NCBI GenBank assembly: GCA_009392675.1
Contig: VFFY01000137.1
Location: 1 to 33,360, forward strand
Reading direction: 5' to 3'
Length of the DNA: 33,360 nucleotides
Source of the DNA: SAR202 cluster bacterium
GTDB lineage: Bacteria; Chloroflexota; Dehalococcoidia; Lucifugimonadales; UBA826
Positions 16,545 to 23,250 of the stretch are shown in pieces. Below the pieces are notes generated by a model, which worked only from the letters and a program-made list of their open reading frames with translations, was not told the origin of the DNA and made no database searches. The number at the start of each line of letters is the position of its first letter. Positions within the stretch are counted from its first letter, which is position 1. A program made the position numbers and the translations under genes.

Positions 16545-17171
16545 ATGATTGATATCCAGAAAAGCCCATTGCTATGTCTTGTAACTGATAGAAATCGCAC
16601 ATCTTGCAGAGCTTTAGAATCTGTCGTTGGTCAGGCAGTGGAAGGTGGGGCGAACATGATTCAATTTCGGGATAGAGATATGGAAGATGTGGAGAGGTTG
16701 CATGCTGCTGGCAAACTGAGGGAAATAACTGAGGATAAAGCCCTTTTTATTGTAAATGGAGATGTTGACTTGGCAAAGAAAGTTGGCGCTGATGGCATCC
16801 ATTTTCCTGAAAAACATATTTTTGATGCCGATACTCAAAAATTGAAAGAGGATTTCATACTCGGCCAATCAGTGCATAGTTTAGAAATGGCTACAAAAGC
16901 CGAACTATCATATATAGATTATTTGATTGTTGGCACTTTATTTCCGTCTAAATCGCATCCTCACGGGCGAGTTAGTGGGACTAAAATCATAGAAGATATA
17001 AGTGGGAAATTATCGGTTCCACTAATAGGCATTGGTGGGATATCGAGTCAAAATTGTCGAAAGGTGATTGATTCTGGGGCTTCGGGTGTTGCAGTTATTG
17101 GAGCTATTTCTGAGGCTGATGACCCTAGATTGGAATCTCAGATAATTTTAGAAAATATAAGTGTGAGTTAA
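16545..17171 (+). CDS. thiE: Thiamine-phosphate synthase
   Basis: About 208 aa. LCLVTDR, IQFRDRD, GADGIHFPE, GQSVHS, DYLIVGTLFPS.SH and PLIGIGGIS. ATG 16545; the track's TTG 16542 is one codon upstream. Confidence 0.9.
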   Translation: MIDIQKSPLLCLVTDRNRTSCRALESVVGQAVEGGANMIQFRDRDMEDVERLHAAGKLREITEDKALFIVNGDVDLAKKVGADGIHFPEKHIFDADTQKLKEDFILGQSVHSLEMATKAELSYIDYLIVGTLFPSKSHPHGRVSGTKIIEDISGKLSVPLIGIGGISSQNCRKVIDSGASGVAVIGAISEADDPRLESQIILENISVS

Positions 17172-17182
17172 AGTTTGACCTA

Positions 17183-17386
17183 ATGAATATTAACCTAAAT
17201 GGCAAAAACCACGAAATTAGTTCCAGCACATCTCTGATCAGACTGATTGATGACTTAGGACTTACTGGGAGGAAAGCAATTGCAATAGCTTTGAATGGGG
17301 AGGTTCTTGCTCGGGATAGTTATAAAGAAACAATTTTGAATGAAGGGGATTCTCTGGAAGTTGTGAGGGCTATCGGTGGGGGTTAG
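17183..17386 (+). CDS. thiS: Sulfur-carrier protein ThiS
   Basis: 67 aa with the length and pattern of a ubiquitin-like fold. The C-terminus is ..VVRAIGGG, ending in the Gly-Gly required for thiocarboxylation. Confidence 0.85.
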   Translation: MNINLNGKNHEISSSTSLIRLIDDLGLTGRKAIAIALNGEVLARDSYKETILNEGDSLEVVRAIGGG

Positions 17387-17402
17387 TTAGGAGGAATCCT
17401 GT

Positions 17403-18179
17403 TTATTGTTTCAGTGCCTTAATTACGATCGCAAAGGGCACCAAATTTATCCTATCTCTAAATTCGGTCCAATAGTTACCTTTGTATGGACTGAGGTGTT
17501 CATTATCAAATTCTAGCGGTTTTGGTTCAAGGAGTACTTCCACGTTAAATCCGTTATCGGTAACGTTGGTAAACAGCTCTTCCACGGTTCTGAAATAAGT
17601 TACGCCAGAATACATTTGACCATCCTCCATCCATATCTCGACAGGCGGATTAAAGTAATCAGTGACGTTTAATGTATTTGTGTCGACATCCCATTCGAAA
17701 GCCCCCAGAGGATGCGTTGTGCTCAATATTAATTGTCCACCTTCCTTGAGAACTCGGTTGCATTCACTCAAAAAAACATCAAGGTGTTCTATAAATTCTA
17801 TGGCAAAAACTGAAATCACACTGTCAAATGTATTATCCTGGAAATAATTTAGATTTTGAATATCGGCTTGAAGAAAAGCTATTGTTGTCTTTTGTTTTAC
17901 CGATTCAGAGACTCCAAATGCTAATTGACTGGATGAAAAATCCACGGCAGTTACTTTTGCTCCCAATTTTGCTAAAGCTATCGCGTTTTGTGAACCACCG
18001 CTACCAAGTTCCACAAAATGTTTACCAGTCACATCCCCTAATAAATTCAAGGAATTTTCCCCATATGATAAAGGGGCATAATGCACCTCATCCAGTGATA
18101 TATCGCTTTCAGCCTGGTAATTGACAGACATTAAATTCCAGCCACGTTGAACACCGACGATATGCTTTGGAGTTTCCAA
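17403..18179 (-). CDS. Class I SAM-dependent methyltransferase
   Basis: 258 aa. Motif I VELGSGGSQNAIALAKLGAKVTAVDFS, then a post-I acidic residue and an LKEGGQLIL motif. TTG start with AGAGGTG 8 nt upstream. Confidence 0.8.
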   Translation of the reverse strand: METPKHIVGVQRGWNLMSVNYQAESDISLDEVHYAPLSYGENSLNLLGDVTGKHFVELGSGGSQNAIALAKLGAKVTAVDFSSSQLAFGVSESVKQKTTIAFLQADIQNLNYFQDNTFDSVISVFAIEFIEHLDVFLSECNRVLKEGGQLILSTTHPLGAFEWDVDTNTLNVTDYFNPPVEIWMEDGQMYSGVTYFRTVEELFTNVTDNGFNVEVLLEPKPLEFDNEHLSPYKGNYWTEFRDRINLVPFAIVIKALKQ

Positions 18180-18266
18180 CTATTTAACACCTCTAGTTGT
18201 GCATTTAATCAATAATAGCCGAATTGGTACACTATTGGCGCAAACTAATCTTACGGAGGGATTCAA

Positions 18267-20264
18267 ATGGACAATCAGACAGCTTTTAGTATTGGTGACG
18301 TTATAGATCCAAAGGATTCCACCTGGGCTTTCGATACTCATTCTGATGGTCCTTCTGGAACTTTACCCTTTACAGAGGATATTCTTGTTAATGAATCAAG
18401 TGGGTTTCATTTCGGTATGAGCCAAAATGCTGGGATGGGCTGGAACCCGGCCGAATTGTTGAGAAAACATTTTTTGATTTTGTCAACTTCAGGTGGACTA
18501 AGAGATCAAGATGGCTCACCAATTGCCCTTGGCCTTCACACCGGCCACTTTGAATTAGCATTGCAGGTCGAAGCTGCGGCTCGGGGATTTAAACTTGCCA
18601 AGACAATCCCATTTTCCCTCATGTGCTCGGACCCATGTGATGGACGCACGCAGGGTACCACGGGGATGATGGATTCACTTCCATACAGGAATGACGCGGC
18701 GCAGGTTTTTAGGAGGCAGGCTCGATCCTTGCCAACGGCCAAAGGTATTTTAGGGATTGCATCTTGCGACAAAGGGCTTCCAGCAATGATGATGGCGTTG
18801 GCGGGACTTAGGGATTCGCCAGTGGTTGTGGTCCCGGGAGGTTCGACCTTGGCTGTCCGTGAAGGAGAAGATACTGGAATGATCCAGTCCATTGGGGCAA
18901 GGTTTGCTCAAGGGGAAGTGACATTGGACTATGCTCAGGACGTTGGCTGTAAGGCTTGCGCTTCACCTGGAGGGGGATGCCACTTTCTTGGTACAGCGGG
19001 AACATCACAAGTTATAGCTGAATCATTGGGACTAGCTATTACCCATAGTGCTTTATGCCCGTCGGGTACACCTGCTTGGAAAAATGTGGCCCAACGTAGC
19101 GCAAGAGCATTGCTGCTCATGGAATCTGAAAACACATTGTCCTCTGACATTATCACTGACGCCGCCCTTAGGAATGCCATGGTTGTACATGCTGCTTGCG
19201 GAGGGTCTACTAACCTTTTGTTGCATCTTCCCGCAATAGCTCATGCTGCGGGTAGGACTAGGATGACTGTCGATGATTGGAACATGGTAAATAAAAATAC
19301 TCCTAGAATAGTCGATGTCCTTCCAAATGGGCCAGTAGGGTTTCCAACTTCGGAACTTTATACTGCAGGTGGAGTGCCAGAGGTGATGCTGCATCTTCGT
19401 GCCATGGGTCTATTGGACACTAATGTCAAAACAGTAACCGGCCAAAATTTAGGAGAAAACCTGGATTGGTGGAAAGATTCTGAAAGGAGGCATGATGTTA
19501 GAAAAAGACTGTCAGAAATCAATTCTGTAAATCCGGATCATGTGATCATGACCCCAGAGGATGCAAAGAAAAGGGGCTTAACAAGTACGGTTACTTTTCC
19601 AATGGGGAACATTGCCCCTCAGGGCTCCGTAATCAAAAGCACGGCAATAGACCCATCGGTGGTGGATAAAGACGGGATATACCGAAAAACTGGACCTGCC
19701 AGGGTTTTCTCTTCTGAAAATGAGGCCATAAGGGCAATCAAAAACACTGATGATAAATCGAAAATCCAGGCCGGGGATATTATGGTTGTGAAATGCGCAG
19801 GACCCCAAGGTACTGGTATGGAAGAACTCTATCAAATCACCGCCGCATTAAAACATCTTTCCTACGGTAAACATGTTGCCTTGATAACAGATGCCAGATT
19901 TTCCGGGGTGTCTACCGGCGCTTGTATAGGACACGTGGGACCGGAAGCTTTGGCAGATGGTCCGATCGCCAAACTGAAAGACGAGGATCAAATCGAGATT
20001 ATAATTGACCGTATCAACCTGATTGGGAGTATAAATCTCGTTGGTGAATTAGGTGCTTATATGGGGTCTGATTGGGGCGATAAAGAACTTTCTAAAAGAC
20101 CGATTCCCGGGGATTTGTCACCTCATCCTAAATTGCCGGAAGATACAAGACTTTGGGCGGCACTACAATCCGCTTCCGGAGGAACATGGGGAGGATGTGT
20201 TTTTGATGTGGATGATATTGTAAAAACTTTGGAAGCGGGCCAGGCTGTCTTAGAAAATAATTAA
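18267..20264 (+). CDS. IlvD/Edd-family dehydratase of the YjhG/YagF (D-xylonate dehydratase) type
   Basis: 665 aa. SDPCDGRTQGTTGMMDSLPYRNDAA, ASCDKGLPAMMMAL, GCKACASPGGGCHFLGTAGTSQV, GNIAPQGSVIKSTAIDPS, ITDARFSGVSTGACIGHVGPEA and LPEDTRLWAALQSASGGTWGGCVFD are collinear with E. coli YjhG as I recall it. GGAGGG sits 6 nt upstream. Confidence 0.85.
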   Translation: MDNQTAFSIGDVIDPKDSTWAFDTHSDGPSGTLPFTEDILVNESSGFHFGMSQNAGMGWNPAELLRKHFLILSTSGGLRDQDGSPIALGLHTGHFELALQVEAAARGFKLAKTIPFSLMCSDPCDGRTQGTTGMMDSLPYRNDAAQVFRRQARSLPTAKGILGIASCDKGLPAMMMALAGLRDSPVVVVPGGSTLAVREGEDTGMIQSIGARFAQGEVTLDYAQDVGCKACASPGGGCHFLGTAGTSQVIAESLGLAITHSALCPSGTPAWKNVAQRSARALLLMESENTLSSDIITDAALRNAMVVHAACGGSTNLLLHLPAIAHAAGRTRMTVDDWNMVNKNTPRIVDVLPNGPVGFPTSELYTAGGVPEVMLHLRAMGLLDTNVKTVTGQNLGENLDWWKDSERRHDVRKRLSEINSVNPDHVIMTPEDAKKRGLTSTVTFPMGNIAPQGSVIKSTAIDPSVVDKDGIYRKTGPARVFSSENEAIRAIKNTDDKSKIQAGDIMVVKCAGPQGTGMEELYQITAALKHLSYGKHVALITDARFSGVSTGACIGHVGPEALADGPIAKLKDEDQIEIIIDRINLIGSINLVGELGAYMGSDWGDKELSKRPIPGDLSPHPKLPEDTRLWAALQSASGGTWGGCVFDVDDIVKTLEAGQAVLENN

Positions 20265-20280
20265 TCTCTATCAGGGGCAA

Positions 20281-20307
20281 TCCGGGTCCGATTATTTAGG
20301 ACCCGGA
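20281..20307. terminator. Hairpin between convergent genes; possible bidirectional terminator
   Basis: 9-bp perfect stem TCCGGGTCC / GGACCCGGA with a 9-nt loop GATTATTTA, in the 51-nt gap between the dehydratase and NHL-protein stops. The U-tracts are weak on both strands. Confidence 0.45.
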
Positions 20308-20315
20308 AGGCAGAA

Positions 20316-21347
20316 TTAAACTTTGACAAGCTTTTGCATTGATCGCAACTCTCTTGGCGGATCCATACTACTGCCGTAATCACTCCATGAAACTTCAGCC
20401 ACATAAATATCGCCTTTAGAGTCAACCGCAATGCCATGTGGTGAGAAAAATCTACCGCTTTGCTCGCCATAGCTTTGCCTTCCGATCCGAGCTTGAACCT
20501 CCCCCTTTAAATTAAGAACTGAGATTCTTGGGCCTAGGTCTGTGCCCATGTCGTTTGATCCGATACCTGCAAAATATTCACCCACGTACATCAACTCTTC
20601 ACCAGTGCCAGAATCGATGGTGCTTATCGCGGTTCGCGATAAATTTACCCACTGGGTCTCGAAATTTCCGTTGCTATCAAATACCTGGATTCGGTGATTT
20701 TCTCTATCGGCTATATAGACCCAGCCATTTGAATCTACGTTAACCCCGTGGACAATATTGAACTGCCCAGGATTAGTTCCGGATTCCCCCCATGAAAACA
20801 ATAATTTACCGTCAGGTGAGAATTTATGAACACTAGCATTTGTATAGCCGTCTGCTACATAGAAATTACCTGTATTGGGCTCGATGGCAACATGGGTAGG
20901 TCTGGCGAACGGTATGCCGCTCATAGGCGCTGCTGATTTACCAGGAGTTCCGACGGTTAAAAGTAATTTTCCATCTGATGTAAATTTCCTGACAGTATGG
21001 TCTCCATTGTCTACACAGTACACTTCATCATCGGGCCCGACTGTGACGCCGTGTGGATTTGAAAATACACCATCTCCCCACGTATCGATGACGTTTCCCT
21101 CTGGGTCGAATACAATCATCGGTGTGGTTCCTCTATTGAAAACATACACCCTGTCTTTGGAATCGACATCTACTGCTGTAGCTTCTTTATACACCCACCC
21201 TTCAGGTAGAGTACCCCAATTTTGCCCCGAAACTTGGTAACGAAAATTCCCTTCCCCTAATACAGCCGGTGCTGTATCAGTCTCGCTAACGATAGAATGA
21301 CCGTCATCCCTTACCCCGAATTCCCAATTTTGATCTTCGTTTGACAT
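20316..21347 (-). CDS. NHL-repeat six-bladed beta-propeller protein, peptidyl-alpha-hydroxyglycine alpha-amidating lyase (PAL)-like
   Basis: Repeated ..HGV.V....VY.AD..NHRIQ.F...G.. units (PHGVTVGPDDEVYCVDNGDHTVRKFTSDGK, VHGVNVDSNGWVYIADRENHRIQVFDSNGN, PHGIAVDSKGDIYVAEV). ATG 21347 (GGAGG 6 nt upstream) is preferred to the track's 21377. I see no signal peptide. Confidence 0.75.
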   Translation of the reverse strand: MSNEDQNWEFGVRDDGHSIVSETDTAPAVLGEGNFRYQVSGQNWGTLPEGWVYKEATAVDVDSKDRVYVFNRGTTPMIVFDPEGNVIDTWGDGVFSNPHGVTVGPDDEVYCVDNGDHTVRKFTSDGKLLLTVGTPGKSAAPMSGIPFARPTHVAIEPNTGNFYVADGYTNASVHKFSPDGKLLFSWGESGTNPGQFNIVHGVNVDSNGWVYIADRENHRIQVFDSNGNFETQWVNLSRTAISTIDSGTGEELMYVGEYFAGIGSNDMGTDLGPRISVLNLKGEVQARIGRQSYGEQSGRFFSPHGIAVDSKGDIYVAEVSWSDYGSSMDPPRELRSMQKLVKV

Positions 21348-21470
21348 TTGATGCCTCCTTATGTCTCTCGTGACCATACATTATAGAACTCTCTCTATTG
21401 ATCTATAAGCAGGCTTAAATGGTTTGCTCCTTCCGGTTATAATAGGTCAAATTGAAACAGAGAGGAAATT

Positions 21471-21665
21471 ATGGCTCATGAAAAGACAGACTTTGCCGCG
21501 ACGATTGAAACCGATCAAGCCGAATGGCTCACCGAGCAAACCGCCGAGTTTGGGTTGCCGGATGATTCGAAAGCCCTTCGCATCCTGATAGACTATGCGA
21601 TGGAAGAACTCGATGCCCAACTGATATTTGCGAGTGAAAACGCGAGATGCCGACACTGCGGGTAA
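21471..21665 (+). CDS. Small (64 aa) protein of unknown function, either ribbon-helix-helix-like or a GatC/AtzG-like amidase partner
   Basis: AGAGG 6 nt upstream of the ATG. Acidic, helical-looking sequence (TDQAEWLTEQTAEFG, SKALRILIDYAMEELD) with a C-terminal CRHCG. Its TAA (21663-21665) lies 4 nt before an in-frame GTG of the amidase. Confidence 0.55.
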   Translation: MAHEKTDFAATIETDQAEWLTEQTAEFGLPDDSKALRILIDYAMEELDAQLIFASENARCRHCG

Positions 21666-21669
21666 AAAT

Positions 21670-23073
21670 GTGATTAAATCACCGATTCATTATCAAAACA
21701 TTCAAGAAATCACTGAGTTATACCTTGGTGGTGAAGAGACGCCGGTTAGTGTAGTTCAGCATTTTCTCGAAAGAATTGATTCTTTGGATTCCAGCTATTT
21801 AAGTTACGCAACTGTTATGGCAGATCAGGCTCTTGAACAAGCTGAAATATTATCTAAGGAACTACGAGATGGGCAAATACGTGGCCCATTACATGGCATT
21901 CCTGTGGCAGTTAAAGATTTGTGCTACACGACCGGGGTTAGAACTATGGGTGGTACGGCTGTTCTTGAAGAAAACATACCTGACTATGATTCGACGGTTG
22001 TTTCCCGATTAAAGACTGCAGGGGCGGTAATTTTAGGTAAATTGAATCTAACTGAAGGAGCAATGGGAGGATACAACCCCAAAAGATCTATACCTAAAAA
22101 CCCCTGGGATACCGACAAATGGGCTGGTTCATCTTCAAGTGGTTCTGGGGTAGCTACAGCTTTGGGCCTTTGCACGGGTTCCCTTGGTAGTGATACCGGA
22201 GGATCTATTAGATTTCCCTCCTCTGCATGCGGACTGGTCGGAATTAAACCGACTTACGGGCGTGTAAGTCGATTCGGCGTCTTAGATCTAGCGCAGACAC
22301 TTGATCATGTGGGTCCTATGACCCGTGATGTTAGAGATGCAGCTCTAATATTGGCTGTAATTTCCGGATTTGATGAAAATGATTTGACTACGGTTCCAAA
22401 TATAGCCCCGACATTTAACGATATTGAAAATACCAATTTAGATGGTGTGACGATAGGTTATTCAGAACACTATTCAGAGGATGGAGTGGATGGAGAGATT
22501 ACTAAAGCTACTCGAAATGTTTTAGAAATTTTGCAGCACCATGGAGCCACAATAAAAAATATTGAACTAGATGATATTGATTCCTTCCTCCCCGCTTGGA
22601 AGACCCTTTGTACCGCTGAGGCCTTGAATGCTCATTCCTCCTTTTTCCCGGAAAGAGCATTAGAATATGGGTTGTGGTTCAAGGGTTGGTTAGAACATGG
22701 TTTATCTGTGACTAGTCAAGAATATATAGATGCATCTCGCCAGCGAACTTTGTGCAATGGAAAGTTAAGGAAATCCTTTGTTGGCATAGATGCAATGATA
22801 TCTCCGACAGTAATAAGGCCCCCTCATTATGTCGATGACTCCATAAGTTATGGACCTATGGACGATAGAAGAGGGACCTCCTTTCAAAGGTTTACGGTTC
22901 CTTTTGATTACAATGGATACCCGACGGTATCTGTCCCATCTGGGCTTAATAAGGATGGACTTCCACTCAGTATTCAAGTGTCAGGACATCCTTTGTCAGA
23001 ACCGATGCTTTGCAGAATCGCCCGGACCTATGAAAAGAGCTTGGGGCTTACAAATTTCCATCCTGATCTGTAA
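21670..23073 (+). CDS. Amidase-signature (GatA-like) family amidase
   Basis: GIPVAVKDL (catalytic Lys), GSSSSGSGVATA..GSDTGGSIRFPSSACGLVGIKPTYGRVSR (AS signature with the Ser-cisSer pair). The start is ambiguous between TTG 21628, GTG 21634 and GTG 21670. I prefer 21670 because it does not overlap the small ORF. Confidence 0.9.
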   Translation: MIKSPIHYQNIQEITELYLGGEETPVSVVQHFLERIDSLDSSYLSYATVMADQALEQAEILSKELRDGQIRGPLHGIPVAVKDLCYTTGVRTMGGTAVLEENIPDYDSTVVSRLKTAGAVILGKLNLTEGAMGGYNPKRSIPKNPWDTDKWAGSSSSGSGVATALGLCTGSLGSDTGGSIRFPSSACGLVGIKPTYGRVSRFGVLDLAQTLDHVGPMTRDVRDAALILAVISGFDENDLTTVPNIAPTFNDIENTNLDGVTIGYSEHYSEDGVDGEITKATRNVLEILQHHGATIKNIELDDIDSFLPAWKTLCTAEALNAHSSFFPERALEYGLWFKGWLEHGLSVTSQEYIDASRQRTLCNGKLRKSFVGIDAMISPTVIRPPHYVDDSISYGPMDDRRGTSFQRFTVPFDYNGYPTVSVPSGLNKDGLPLSIQVSGHPLSEPMLCRIARTYEKSLGLTNFHPDL

Positions 23074-23096
23074 GGCTAATTATTAGTTTGTTTTGG

Positions 23097-23125
23097 TTGA
23101 CTGAAACACTCACCTCCAATAAGAT
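23097..23125 (+). promoter_or_regulatory. Putative sigma-70 promoter upstream of the transketolase-like gene
   Basis: TTGACT (23097-23102), a 17-nt spacer, then TAAGAT (23120-23125). It would give a leader of about 120 nt. Confidence 0.35.
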
Positions 23126-23250
23126 TTACTAGCCGGTTTTGCCTTCCGAGTTAAAGGATATGCCTGCCGCTTTGGCTATAGGGATATTTTATTTTTGGTA
23201 GGCATGACGTGTGGTTTGACGGTAAATAATAAACAGGACGTATCTAGCAC

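Noticed and set aside
20261-20470. 69-aa - strand ORF overlapping the 3' end of the NHL gene and the terminator hairpin
   Set aside because: It is in a different frame from a repeat-supported NHL propeller gene, with no RBS.
21628-21669. Longer amidase N-terminus (MRVKTRDADTAGKN) starting at TTG 21628
   Set aside because: It would overlap the RBS-supported small ORF by 38 nt, and the extra residues match no amidase N-terminus. GTG 21670 sits just after the small ORF's stop. This remains an unresolved alternative.
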